NCBI GenBank assembly: GCA_045535075.1
Contig: JAZSKX010000015.1
Coordinates: 75,994-139,993 of the forward strand
Source of the DNA: Candidatus Spyradenecus sp.
GTDB lineage: Bacteria > Verrucomicrobiota > Verrucomicrobiia > Opitutales > UBA953
DNA length: 64,000 nucleotides
Reading direction: 5' to 3'
Numbering within the stretch: position 1 is the stretch's first letter; every line of letters begins with the position of its first letter. The translations under genes and the position numbers were made by a program. Below, piece by piece: positions 50,762 through 60,967 of this stretch. A model generated the notes under the pieces. That model ran no database searches. It saw only the letters and a program-made list of their open reading frames with translations, and was not told the origin of the DNA.

Positions 50762-51220
50762 ATGAACCTTGTGTGCTATGACAAAGGCGTCGTGCGTCTT
50801 TTTAGTCTGCAGAGCGATCCGAGAAAGGCGGCATCGTTTATCGGAACTTCGGAGCGGCAGGAGCAACTTACCGTGGAAAAAGCGATGAACCAGATTGAGG
50901 AGCCGCTTCATAAGCGAATTCAGGCGGCGGTGAATGATATGGTTAACAATGGACGATCCGTCCGTTTGGTTTTCCGCGGGATCAAAACTAAGGAGCAGGC
51001 GGAAATGCTTCAGGCATTGTGTGATGAAATAGCTGAAGTTCCGAATGCATCCGTTGCCACTTACTCAATCAACGAGCAAGTTCAAACCGCGACGATCCGA
51101 TTCAATCTGAAGGGGAATTCCGCAGATTTTCTAAGTGAATTGAAAGAGCGTTGTCCGGATCTCCCGCCAACGATTTCGGTAAAACAGAATAAGATTATTT
51201 TTGAATCTAAAGACATTTAA
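50762..51220 (+). CDS. Hypothetical protein, probably the 5'-truncated C-terminal part of a larger exported protein (DUF6175-like, from memory)
   Basis: No signal peptide; starts abruptly at the island junction; co-oriented with the next two genes. Confidence 0.45.
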   Translation: MNLVCYDKGVVRLFSLQSDPRKAASFIGTSERQEQLTVEKAMNQIEEPLHKRIQAAVNDMVNNGRSVRLVFRGIKTKEQAEMLQALCDEIAEVPNASVATYSINEQVQTATIRFNLKGNSADFLSELKERCPDLPPTISVKQNKIIFESKDI

Positions 51221-51243
51221 GCAACATAAATAAAGGATTAAAT

Positions 51244-52614
51244 ATGGATACATACAAAAAATTAAAGACATTGGCTTGCGTTTTTTCTTTAGCATTGGCC
51301 CCGTTTTGCGTTTATGCTCAAGAGGAGCCGATGATGAACGTCTCTGAAGAGTTGGCGGCGGAATCCGAGGTTTCTTCTGAGCAAACGGTAGATGCTTTAA
51401 TTAAGCGGTTCCTTGACGATCGTGGTTGGACGACGGAGAAGGAAAACGTCAAGAGCAACGGATCTAAATTCTATGTTTCGGTCGGCATCGGAACCATTTC
51501 GGCTCCTATTGATCATAAAAGCTATAATAGTTCGCGAGTACGTGCATTTGACAAAGCGATGCTTGATGCGAAAGCTCAGATGGCGGAAAGCCTTGAGCAA
51601 ACGATTGCAGCTTCCGTTTCTAATAGCTACGAAGAGCAATCCGGGGGCATAGCCAAAAGCCCGAATCAGGAAATATCTGATGCCGAAAAAAATGCTCCGC
51701 CGTCCGGGATTCTCGACAAGGCAAGTTTGTGGGTTTCCAAAAAATTGGATAATGCGCTTAAGGAAGAAGGCTACGATATTGATGCCGAAAACGAGAAATC
51801 GCAGGAAGAGTGTGAACGGATTGCGGCGCGAGCTAAAGAGCTGCTCAGTACGGATACGTTTAAAAAAAGCGTAAGTTCACTCGCAACTGTTTCTATTTCC
51901 GGGTTGCAGGCATTCTACACTGTTGAAGCGCAAAAGGGCAATAAAGGTGAAATCGGAGTCGTTGCGATTTGGAGTCCTGCATTGGCAGAAATGGCGAGTT
52001 CTTTTGTAGCCGGGACTCCGATGAAAACGGCAAAAGCTAAAAAACCGATTAAGGAGCAGATTCCGAAGTCGACTAAGGAGTTGCTTTCTACGTTCGGTGT
52101 CCAGCAAAAGATTGATGAGCACGGGGAATATGTGCTTGTTTCTTTCGGGCAGTCCGCCGCAAATTCGTCAAATCGTCGTGCGGAGCGTGCTGCCTACGAG
52201 AAGGCGCGATTGAATGCTCAAGCTCAGATTCGCCAGTTTGCGGGCGAAAATGTTGCGACTTCCAGAGCTCGTGAGGAGGCGGAACAGAGTTTGGAGTTTG
52301 ATGGCGGTATCGATTATTCCGACGAAGAAAGTTACAAAAGCTTCCAGCAAAGCGTTGCCAAAAGCATGAAGTGCAACGGGATTCGGGAGATTCGCAATTG
52401 GACGGCGATTCATCCGATTAGCGGTAAACCCGTTTTTGGCGTAATTTGCACGTGGAGTCCTTCGCAAGCAGATTCTGCAAAGCAAATGAAAAAAGCGATC
52501 GAGACGGGCATGAAGCCGACAAAGTCCGGAGGAAAAGCTTCAAAGAAATCCGAGTCGACAGGAGTGTCTGAATTCTCGGGAGCGGGAGCCGCCGGAGACG
52601 AAGATGCGTTTTAA
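51244..52614 (+). CDS. Secreted protein, DUF6844-like (from memory)
   Basis: Signal peptide; SRVRAFDKA..DAK, GVVAIWSP, STFGVQQ..DE.G..VLVSFGQ. Confidence 0.6.
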   Translation: MDTYKKLKTLACVFSLALAPFCVYAQEEPMMNVSEELAAESEVSSEQTVDALIKRFLDDRGWTTEKENVKSNGSKFYVSVGIGTISAPIDHKSYNSSRVRAFDKAMLDAKAQMAESLEQTIAASVSNSYEEQSGGIAKSPNQEISDAEKNAPPSGILDKASLWVSKKLDNALKEEGYDIDAENEKSQEECERIAARAKELLSTDTFKKSVSSLATVSISGLQAFYTVEAQKGNKGEIGVVAIWSPALAEMASSFVAGTPMKTAKAKKPIKEQIPKSTKELLSTFGVQQKIDEHGEYVLVSFGQSAANSSNRRAERAAYEKARLNAQAQIRQFAGENVATSRAREEAEQSLEFDGGIDYSDEESYKSFQQSVAKSMKCNGIREIRNWTAIHPISGKPVFGVICTWSPSQADSAKQMKKAIETGMKPTKSGGKASKKSESTGVSEFSGAGAAGDEDAF

Positions 52615-53632
52615 TTCCGTGTGGATCGTATGGTCGGCGTTTGTGTTGGCGATTGGCAATGCAAGCGCCGAACAAGTGCATGCCGTTTTTGAGTCCAATA
52701 AAGAGGACATTTTGGAAAACGGGATTCGGGAAGCGGAGGGTTTTCGTTTCGGCGTCGGAGTAGGAGCTCCGCTTACGGACAACCAGTCTTCTCTGAGAGC
52801 GGCCCAGGGAAAGTCTGAATTGCTTGCTACGGGAGATTTGATTCGTTCGGTTGCACTTTCTGACCTTGAGTGGCCTGCGTCTATCTCTGAAAAGTCTCGC
52901 CAAGCACTATCCGAGTATTATCGCTTTTCTGTGAGTGCGACGCTTTCCTGTACCACGAAAGTGTATCAAGTCCGAGAAGGGAGAAATTGGACAACCGTCG
53001 TTGCCGTTCCCGCAAAGCAAACAGAGAAAATCGGTAAGGTTGCATTTCCGGAATTACGGGAACAGCTTTTGCGACCGAAATATGTGTTTTCGGAGCAGGC
53101 TCCGGATGAAGCAATTGTGGAATTGATATGTAGCCGACAGGAATTTCCTCCGATTGACAGAGCGCCTTGGGAGTCGAACCTTGGTGCGGCAAAATTTGAA
53201 AATTTTTATTTACGGAAATTGCCGTTGTTTGCCGGACGATGCATTGTGGCATACGATTCGGGCGACTCGAAAAAAGACTACGAAAAAGGAATGAGGGCTT
53301 ACGGGAAGGGATTATTGCCGGAAGCCTATGACTTTTTTGTTTCTGCTGCCGAAAAATCGTGGACATTTGATGTGCTCAATATGGCGGGAAATGTTGCACG
53401 GCGAATCGGGAAAAATGATGAGGCAGTGGCGTTTCTTTTGTATGCGGCACAGCTTGATCCGGAAAAACCGTTCCCGTGGGTACATTTGGCATTTGTCGCA
53501 CAACAAAAAGGGAATAGCGAGCTTTGTGAATCCTGTTGCAAGGAAGCGGAGGCGCGAAATCCGGACAAGTGGACTTTTGAGCAAATTGCAATTCTTCGAA
53601 AGAGAATTGGGGATAAGACTTCGGAGAAATAA
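52604..53632 (+). CDS. Secreted protein with C-terminal TPR-like repeats
   Basis: Signal peptide; TPR-like helices (AGNVARRIGKNDEAVAFL..AAQLDP); overlaps the upstream gene. Confidence 0.65.
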   Translation: MRFNSVWIVWSAFVLAIGNASAEQVHAVFESNKEDILENGIREAEGFRFGVGVGAPLTDNQSSLRAAQGKSELLATGDLIRSVALSDLEWPASISEKSRQALSEYYRFSVSATLSCTTKVYQVREGRNWTTVVAVPAKQTEKIGKVAFPELREQLLRPKYVFSEQAPDEAIVELICSRQEFPPIDRAPWESNLGAAKFENFYLRKLPLFAGRCIVAYDSGDSKKDYEKGMRAYGKGLLPEAYDFFVSAAEKSWTFDVLNMAGNVARRIGKNDEAVAFLLYAAQLDPEKPFPWVHLAFVAQQKGNSELCESCCKEAEARNPDKWTFEQIAILRKRIGDKTSEK

Positions 53633-53965
53633 TTTTAGGGAGAGGCTACTGATTCAAAACGCGAGCTTAAAAGGCGTATTTAATTTTGCTTTCTGATTTA
53701 TTGTAGCAAAATCTTTTGACAATTTGAACTGCGGAGCTACAAAGCTCTCTAAAAAAACGTTTTTGAGGGAATCAATGAGAGTTGAGGACTGAGAGCTTAG
53801 AGGAAAATGCGTTCCCGCAATCGGAAAAAGGATTTCGAAAACCTTTTTCGTGAAGCGAGCTGCAAATATCTATCATCTCTCGGTTCTCCTCGCCCAGCAG
53901 GAACTCCATTAGAGTTCCCTTAAGTTATAAACATTTTAAAAATTCTCTCTTTGCGGAGACTTTAT

Positions 53966-54424
53966 TCAGAAAAAAAGTCCGTTGCGGCGCGCGGCAAGAT
54001 CTGCGAGACGGAAGACGGCGGCGGCGAAAAAAGCGAGCAGGGCGACGAGGAGGCTTCCCACGACGACGGCTACGTTTTCCTGAGGGCTTGGAAGAATCGG
54101 TGAGGTGCAGGCTGCGACGGCAAAAACCGTTGCGTTGAGCGCGGTGAGGACTCCGGAGGTTCCGCTGAAAAGCGCCAAAAATCCGTAAATGCTCGAGCGC
54201 GCGGGAACGGATTGCTGAGTGGAGCTTGCAATCGGTTGTGATTTTGCTTCTGCGGGATTTTGTTGCTCGACGGCGTTCCCGTCGGCTCCGGGCGCGCTTA
54301 GAATTTCGTCTAAATCGGGGACGGCGATAATTGCATTGCAACGGCAACGGAAGCGCCTGCCGATATATTCGTTTCCGGCGTTGTATTTCTCATGGCACTG
54401 AGGGCATTGAATTTTTATGCTCAT
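53966..54424 (-). CDS. Zinc-ribbon membrane protein
   Basis: CPQC...CRC at the N-terminus and two hydrophobic helices. Confidence 0.65.
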   Translation of the reverse strand: MSIKIQCPQCHEKYNAGNEYIGRRFRCRCNAIIAVPDLDEILSAPGADGNAVEQQNPAEAKSQPIASSTQQSVPARSSIYGFLALFSGTSGVLTALNATVFAVAACTSPILPSPQENVAVVVGSLLVALLAFFAAAVFRLADLAARRNGLFF

Positions 54425-54562
54425 CCTAACAATTGGAGAAATTCTTTTCGCGTCTTGCCGTTCCCGCAAGTTTTTTTATTCGGCAAAATTTGCGCGTTGC
54501 ATTTTGGCGGGAACGCGAGGAAAATTTCGGGACTTACAAACAACGAACCTCCTTAATACAAC

Positions 54563-55594
54563 ATGAAAGCGCTCGTAAAAAAAGAAGCAAAACCCGGCCT
54601 CTGGCTGATGGACGTTCCCGAACCCGTTTGCGGTCCGGATGATGTTTTGATTCGTATCAAAAAAACCGCCATCTGCGGAACCGATGTGCATATTTACAAG
54701 TGGGACGAGTGGTCGCAGAAGACCATTCCCGTGCCGATGACGGTCGGACACGAATACGTCGGACACATCGAAAAAGTCGGCGAAAACATCCGCCACCTCA
54801 AGGTCGGACAACGCGTTTCCGGCGAAGGACACATCGTTTGCGGCTACTGCCGTAACTGCCGCGCCGGGCGCCGCCATCTTTGCCCGAACACGCAAGGCGT
54901 CGGCGTCAACCGCGCGGGAGCGTTCGCCGAATTGCTCGCGATTCCCGCCAAAAACGTCGTGCCGCTCGCCGATGATATTCCGGACGACATCGCCGCAATC
55001 CTTGACCCGCTCGGGAACGCCGCGCACACCGCACTTTCCTTCAACCTCGTCGGCGAAGACGTGCTCATTACCGGCGCGGGACCGATCGGCATCATGGCAA
55101 TCGCCCTCGCCAAAGCCGCGGGAGCGCGCTACGTCGTCATTACCGACGTCAACGACACGCGCCTTGCGCTCGCACGCAAAATGGGCCCGACGCTCGCCGT
55201 CAACACGATGCAAACTTCGCTCAAGGACGTGATGGCTCAACTCGGCATGACGGAAGGCTTCGACGTCGGTTGCGAAATGTCCGGCAATATTCACGCGCTC
55301 AACGGCATGCTCGAAGTCATGTCCTGCGGCGGCCGCATCGCTCAGCTCGGCATTCCTCCCGGGAACGCGGCGATCGACATGAGCAAATTCATCTTCAAAG
55401 GCTTGACGATGAAAGGTATCTACGGTCGCGAAATGTTCGAAACTTGGTACAAAATGATGGCGCTGATTCAGGCGGGCATGGACGTTTCGCCGATTATCAC
55501 GCACCATCTCCGCTACGATGAATTTGAAAAAGGCTTCGAAGCCATGCTCAACGGCACGGCGGGTAAAGTCATTCTCGATTGGTCGAATATTTAA
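54563..55594 (+). CDS. tdh: L-threonine 3-dehydrogenase
   Basis: [41 protein letters not shown]. Confidence 0.96.
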   Translation: MKALVKKEAKPGLWLMDVPEPVCGPDDVLIRIKKTAICGTDVHIYKWDEWSQKTIPVPMTVGHEYVGHIEKVGENIRHLKVGQRVSGEGHIVCGYCRNCRAGRRHLCPNTQGVGVNRAGAFAELLAIPAKNVVPLADDIPDDIAAILDPLGNAAHTALSFNLVGEDVLITGAGPIGIMAIALAKAAGARYVVITDVNDTRLALARKMGPTLAVNTMQTSLKDVMAQLGMTEGFDVGCEMSGNIHALNGMLEVMSCGGRIAQLGIPPGNAAIDMSKFIFKGLTMKGIYGREMFETWYKMMALIQAGMDVSPIITHHLRYDEFEKGFEAMLNGTAGKVILDWSNI

Positions 55595-55676
55595 CGGAAG
55601 AATGGAGAAGCGGAGGAAATCTCTCGGCAACGCCATTTCCTGAACCGGCTTCTCCGGTCTCTGAGCTTCGGCTAAT

Positions 55677-55716
55677 AAAACCGTTCCCGTGGTTAATTTC
55701 GCGGGAACGGTTTTTT
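55677..55716 (+). terminator. Motif-pair terminator after tdh
   Basis: AAAACCGTTCCCGTG-GTTAATTT-CGCGGGAACGGTTTTTT. Confidence 0.85.
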
Positions 55717-55930
55717 ATATGCGAGTTTTTCTTCGTGGCGCGCGGCGTTTCGCATTGTTCTCCGGGGCATTATTCGTTTCGCGCGGGATTCTGTTCGAGC
55801 TTCCGTTGGGCGCCATTTCTAAGCACTTCAGCTTTCTCGGCTTTTGAGCTTCTGGATTCGGCTTCCGGTTCTTGAGATTTTTTTGTTCCAAGGGCGGGAG
55901 CGGCTGTGTCATGATTGGCGTTTTAAAAGT

Positions 55931-57841
55931 ATGCTTGAGCAGTTTTTTTCTCTTTTGGATTCGGCGCGCGGGATCGCCGTCATTGTTCTTTTTTTCGGCG
56001 GTTCAATTTTTGTTCATGAGCTGGGGCATTTCCTCGCGGCAAAATGGCGCGGCTTGCGTGTTGAGCGTTTTTCAATCGGCTTCGGACCGAAAGTCTTCGG
56101 TTGGACGGGAAAGGATGGCGTTGACTACCGCATCTCGCTTTTGCCTTTGGGCGGTTATGTTGCGATTCCGGAGCTTGCGGATATGGAGCTTATCGAGGGA
56201 AAATCCTCGCAAAATTCGGAGGCGGACGGCGTTCCCGCGAAGAAAATTTCTTATACGGATAAGGTGATTGTCTTTGCCGCGGGAGCATTTTTTAACATTT
56301 TGTTTGCGTTCGTATTGGCGTGTGTTTTGTGGCTTATCAAAAGCCCGACGCACGAAGGCTATGATTCGTCCGTGATCGGTTATGTCGCAAAGGAAATTGA
56401 GCCGGAAGCCGGCGTTCTTGTTCCCGGACCGGCTTGGGAAGCGGGATTGCGCGCGGGAGACCGGATTCTTGCGATTGACGGAGAGGCGACCGAAAGTTTC
56501 GATGAAATTACTCAAGCAATTGCGCTCGGCACGCAACGCAGTGAAGACGGACGTCCGATGGCGAATCTGACGATTGCCCGCGGGAACGCTGTTTTGGAAA
56601 AACAGGTTTTCCCGTGCCTAGTCTCGCACAATCCGCGTAGTGGGGATTTTATTCGTATGATCGGCATTGCGCCGACGGATTCGCTGGTGGTGGCTCCGAT
56701 GGAAAATTCCCCGGCGGCGGAGGCCGGCGTGCGCTACGGCGACCGATGGACGGAAATTGCCGTCGGAGATTCGGGGGCTTGGAAGCCGCTTTACTCCTTT
56801 GCGGAATTTCGCGAAATTATTGACGAAAGCGTTAGAGGAAACGATGCCGTTCCCGTGCGTGTCCGCTATGTGCGCGGCGACGGGAAGCCGGAAGTCTTGA
56901 GCATGCTTCCGAAGCTGCTTCCGGTAAAAAACGAATCGGCGTTTATTCGTTTTTCGGAAGGCGGGAAAGAGCGCGTTTTGCGCCTTATCGCGGCGCCGGA
57001 AGATTTGTCGAATACAGCCTTGCGGGCGAAGCGCAATACGTTGCGCGTGCTTGAAGGCGTTCCTGTCGATTCGGCTTATGCGGATATTTTCAGAGCGGGA
57101 ACGCTCATCGACGGTATTGCCGAAGCGGGCGAGGGAATTGTCGCGCCGAAAACGCCGGATGAACTGAAAAAAGCGTTTCCGGAGGAAACCCCGCGCGAAG
57201 TTTCGATTTTTGTTACGACTCCTGACGGAGAAGGCGGGAACACGCGTTTCTCGGGTGCGGTACTAGGGCTCAATCCGGAGCTCATACAGCCGTTTCTCGG
57301 CGTGGTGCTTGTTCAGGAAGAGCGCTTGGTGCGCAAGTCGCCATGGGCGCAGTTCGACGACGCGATCGGGATTACGTTTAAATCGATCGGCGGCTTGCTG
57401 AACCCGAATTCGGACATCGGAATCTCGCATCTGAACGGCGTTTTTTCTATCGGAGATACTTATTACGCGATTTCGTCAAATTTGCGCAGCGTGCTTGTCC
57501 TGACGGTCCTGATTAACATCAATCTCGCGATTCTGAATCTGCTTCCCGTTCCCGTGCTCGACGGCGGGCATATTCTGATTGCGACGATTCAGCGCCTGCG
57601 CCGCCGCCCGATTCCGTTGCAGATTATCAACGGCGTTCAGCTCGTTTTCATTTGTCTGCTGTTTCTGTTTATGGGCTTTGTCCTGTTTAAAGACTTTGTG
57701 CGTTTTCGCGGGAATCGAGACATCGAGGCAAGCCGGCAAATTGCGCGCTTTCAATATACGCCGGAATTTCTTGCGCTGACGGATTCAAAATTGCTGATTG
57801 CGGGAACGCAGGAGAAATCCGCGTCTGGGGAAGAAAAGTAA
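55931..57841 (+). CDS. rseP: RIP metalloprotease RseP (M50, with PDZ domains)
   Basis: HELGH, FSIGFGP, LPLGGYV, NLLPVPVLDGGH. Confidence 0.93.
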   Translation: MLEQFFSLLDSARGIAVIVLFFGGSIFVHELGHFLAAKWRGLRVERFSIGFGPKVFGWTGKDGVDYRISLLPLGGYVAIPELADMELIEGKSSQNSEADGVPAKKISYTDKVIVFAAGAFFNILFAFVLACVLWLIKSPTHEGYDSSVIGYVAKEIEPEAGVLVPGPAWEAGLRAGDRILAIDGEATESFDEITQAIALGTQRSEDGRPMANLTIARGNAVLEKQVFPCLVSHNPRSGDFIRMIGIAPTDSLVVAPMENSPAAEAGVRYGDRWTEIAVGDSGAWKPLYSFAEFREIIDESVRGNDAVPVRVRYVRGDGKPEVLSMLPKLLPVKNESAFIRFSEGGKERVLRLIAAPEDLSNTALRAKRNTLRVLEGVPVDSAYADIFRAGTLIDGIAEAGEGIVAPKTPDELKKAFPEETPREVSIFVTTPDGEGGNTRFSGAVLGLNPELIQPFLGVVLVQEERLVRKSPWAQFDDAIGITFKSIGGLLNPNSDIGISHLNGVFSIGDTYYAISSNLRSVLVLTVLININLAILNLLPVPVLDGGHILIATIQRLRRRPIPLQIINGVQLVFICLLFLFMGFVLFKDFVRFRGNRDIEASRQIARFQYTPEFLALTDSKLLIAGTQEKSASGEEK

Positions 57842-57857
57842 TTTTTGTAATTACATT

Positions 57858-59195
57858 ATGGCTGAAATTATTCTGATTATTGTTGGAATTCTTGTTGTTG
57901 TTGCCTTAGTTATCGCAAACGGATTTTTCGTTGCGGCGGAATTCGCGCTTGTGAAAGTGCGCCCGACGCAGCTGCATCCGCTGGAAAAAGACGGCGGTAT
58001 TCGCGTGAAGGCGGCGCTCCGGGCGACCAAACATCTCGACGGCGTTTTGTCTGCAACTCAGCTCGGAATTACACTCGCATCGCTTGCGCTTGGATGGGTA
58101 GGAGAACCGATTGTCGCTCACAAAATCGTAGAGCCGCTTTTGGGGCATTTCGGGATTACGGACGCGGGAACGATCACGACGGTTTCCTTTGCCGTTGCTT
58201 TCGCCATTATCACGTTTCTCCATATCGTTTTCGGAGAACTCGCACCGAAGTCGCTTGCAATTCAATACCCGATGGCGACTTCGCTCAATGTCGCCGTCCC
58301 GCTGATTATTTTTCATAAAATCTTCTTTCCCTTTATTTGGGCGCTCAACGGTACGGCGAATTTCTTTTTGCGGCGCGTGGGAATTCATCCCGCCGGAGAG
58401 GGCTCTCACGCCATTTCCAAAGACGAAATGGAATACGTGCTTTCGCATTCCCGCCCGGCTTCCGACGATGTTTTGATTGACCGCATTTTAATTCGTTCGC
58501 TACGCCTGCGCGATACGCGCGTCAACGAAGTGATGATCCCGCGCGACGAAATCAATGCTCTTTGGAGCAAGGTCGCGGGAACGGAAAATCTGCGAACGGC
58601 GCAACGAACCGGGCACTCGCGCTATCCGGTTTTTGACGGCGACTTGGACAAACCTGTCGGTATTTTGCTGACGCGCGAATGGCTTTGGCAAATCCAGTTG
58701 CTCGGCGAAGATACGCCGATCGAGCCGCTGTTGCGGGACGTGATGATTTTCCCGCCGGACATGGCGCTTGCCGATGCTTTGGAGCGCTTCCGCCAATCGC
58801 AAAATCACATTGCTCTTGTCGTCAACGCAGAAGGACGCACGCTGGGACTCGTCAGTTTTGAAGACGTACTCGAAGAAATCGTCGGCGACATTCGTGACGA
58901 ATTCGATACCGATAAGAAGGAAATTTTTGAACAAACGGAAGATTCCATTATCGTCGCGGGAACGCTCAATATGCACGAACTTGAGGCGGAAACCGGTTGG
59001 AATTTCGAATGGGACGGAAACAGCTATGAAACCGTCGCGAGCTGGGTTCGCTCGCTTTGTCCCGGGCGCCCGCCGAAGCGCGGCGAAACCTTGCGCTACG
59101 AAGACGTGGAAGTCATTCCGCTCGAAACGCCAGCAGGCTCGCTCAAGCGTATTTTGCTTCGTCGCGTTTGGGAGGGAAGCAAAGAAGAAATTTAA
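57858..59195 (+). CDS. HlyC/CorC (CNNM-CBS) family transporter
   Basis: NGFFVAAEFALV, QLGITLASL, GELAPK, HSRYPV, EDVLEEIVG. Confidence 0.93.
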   Translation: MAEIILIIVGILVVVALVIANGFFVAAEFALVKVRPTQLHPLEKDGGIRVKAALRATKHLDGVLSATQLGITLASLALGWVGEPIVAHKIVEPLLGHFGITDAGTITTVSFAVAFAIITFLHIVFGELAPKSLAIQYPMATSLNVAVPLIIFHKIFFPFIWALNGTANFFLRRVGIHPAGEGSHAISKDEMEYVLSHSRPASDDVLIDRILIRSLRLRDTRVNEVMIPRDEINALWSKVAGTENLRTAQRTGHSRYPVFDGDLDKPVGILLTREWLWQIQLLGEDTPIEPLLRDVMIFPPDMALADALERFRQSQNHIALVVNAEGRTLGLVSFEDVLEEIVGDIRDEFDTDKKEIFEQTEDSIIVAGTLNMHELEAETGWNFEWDGNSYETVASWVRSLCPGRPPKRGETLRYEDVEVIPLETPAGSLKRILLRRVWEGSKEEI

Positions 59196-59261
59196 AAACG
59201 CGATTTTTTGCAAGAATGGTTTAATTTAACAGTTAGCGAGTTTTTCGCCTTGTGTAAAACT

Positions 59262-59459
59262 AAGGGCACGATTGAGGAAATCTCAGTCATGCCCTTTCGT
59301 TCTTTTCAAGTTTTGTGCGTCGAAAACACAAACAAAAGCGGCGACCGAAAGTCGAGAAACTTCAGTTCGTCCTGGTGATTCTTCAAATCATCGAGGCGAT
59401 TCTGAAGCTCCTCACCCGGTGGGTGACCGCCCGGGTCTTGAAAAGAGCGTTAAGGGTAT
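59262..59459 (+). other. Structured element encoding a basic-amphipathic short peptide (type I toxin-like), in frame with miaB
   Basis: 5' hairpin at 59262-59296; 59289-59310 is complementary to 59437-59459; GTG start at 59315. Confidence 0.5.
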
Positions 59460-59587
59460 TTCCTACTTTTGTTCGCCGAAGTCAATCTGAACCCGGCATC
59501 GGAATTGCGACGGCGACGCGTAACATGACTTGCAACGGAAATTCTTTATCGCACTCCGGCAATCTTTTCGAGAAAATCACGCGTTTT

Positions 59588-60967
59588 ATGAATCGGGTTT
59601 ATATTAAGACTTACGGTTGCCAGATGAACGAGCGCGACAGCGAGGCAGTTGTGGAAATGTTGCGCGGGCGCGGTTATTCCATCGTCGATAACGAGTTCGA
59701 CGCCGACATCATTTTACTGAACACCTGTAGTGTGCGCGACCAAGCCGAGCAAAAAGCCATCGGCAAGGCGTATCGCCTGCTCCCGAGCCGGAAAAAACGC
59801 GCCAAAGACGCAGACAAAGGCATTCCCGCGGACGGAAAAAAACGCATCGTCGGGATCATGGGTTGCATGGCGCAAAATCGCGGGCGCGCCTTGCTCGACC
59901 AGCTTCCCGATTTGGATTTGATTGTCGGAACGCAAAAATTTCACCGCGTTCCCGAGCATTTGGACAAACTGCTTGCGACAATGCGCGGGCTCGGTCCGAA
60001 GCCGTCGTCCATCGTCGATTTAGACGAAGAAGCCGGCTCGCAAAACACGATTTCGCAGCACACGCCGGGACGCAAAATTTCCGCCTTCGTTTCGATTATG
60101 CAGGGCTGCGACATGCGTTGCGCGTATTGCATCGTACCGAAAACTCGCGGACACGAGCGCGCGCGTCCGATTGACGACATCGTCGCGGAAGTCGAAGAAC
60201 TTGTCGCTGCGGGAACGCGCGAAGTGATGCTTCTCGGGCAAATTGTGAATCGCTACGGCATTCGCGAGTTCCCGACGATTAACGGCAAGTCTCCGTTTGT
60301 TCAGTTGCTCGAACGGTTGCATGCGATTGAGGGCTTGGAGCGCATTCGTTTCACGTCGCCGCATCCGGTCGGCTTCCGTGAAGATTTGGTCGACGCGTAT
60401 CGCCGTTTGCCGAAGCTTTGCAGTTATATTCATCTTCCCGCGCAGAGCGGTTCGGACAAAATTTTGAAAGCGATGCGCCGTCCGTATTCGCGGGAACGCT
60501 TTATTGAGCTTGTGAATGCGTTGCGCGCAGCTCGTCCGGGCATTTATCTTTCGACGGATGTCATCGTCGGCTTCCCCGGCGAAACGGAAGAGGATTTTGA
60601 GCTTACGCGTTCGCTTTTCGAGGAAGTCAAATTCGACATGGCGTTTATTTTCCGCTACAGCGTGCGCGCGGGAACGCCGGCGGAGGCGCTCGGCGACCCG
60701 ATTTCCGAGGAAATCAAAGACGCGCGCAACAAGGAGCTCCTCGCCGTTTTGGAAAAACATTCGCTCGCGCGCAACGAATCGCTCGTCGGAACGATTCAGG
60801 ACGTTTTGGTCGAAGCACCCGCCAAACGCGGCGAAAATATTTTCCAAGGGCGCAACGACGGCGACCGCAAAGTCGTTTTCAAGGGCGACGAATCGTTGCT
60901 CGGAAAAATCGTCCGCGTGCGCATTGATTCCGCGACCGTCACCACGCTCACGGGAACGTTGGTTTAA
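59588..60967 (+). CDS. miaB: tRNA-2-methylthio-N6-dimethylallyladenosine synthase
   Basis: TYGCQMNERDS, NTCSVR, CDMRCAYC radical-SAM motif, TRAM domain. Start at the ATG at 59588. Confidence 0.96.
   Translation: MNRVYIKTYGCQMNERDSEAVVEMLRGRGYSIVDNEFDADIILLNTCSVRDQAEQKAIGKAYRLLPSRKKRAKDADKGIPADGKKRIVGIMGCMAQNRGRALLDQLPDLDLIVGTQKFHRVPEHLDKLLATMRGLGPKPSSIVDLDEEAGSQNTISQHTPGRKISAFVSIMQGCDMRCAYCIVPKTRGHERARPIDDIVAEVEELVAAGTREVMLLGQIVNRYGIREFPTINGKSPFVQLLERLHAIEGLERIRFTSPHPVGFREDLVDAYRRLPKLCSYIHLPAQSGSDKILKAMRRPYSRERFIELVNALRAARPGIYLSTDVIVGFPGETEEDFELTRSLFEEVKFDMAFIFRYSVRAGTPAEALGDPISEEIKDARNKELLAVLEKHSLARNESLVGTIQDVLVEAPAKRGENIFQGRNDGDRKVVFKGDESLLGKIVRVRIDSATVTTLTGTLV

Noticed and set aside
59315..59587. 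The 91-aa extension taken as the true MiaB N-terminus
   Set aside because: MiaB homology begins at MNRVYIKTYGCQMN (59588); the upstream part is treated as a separate element.
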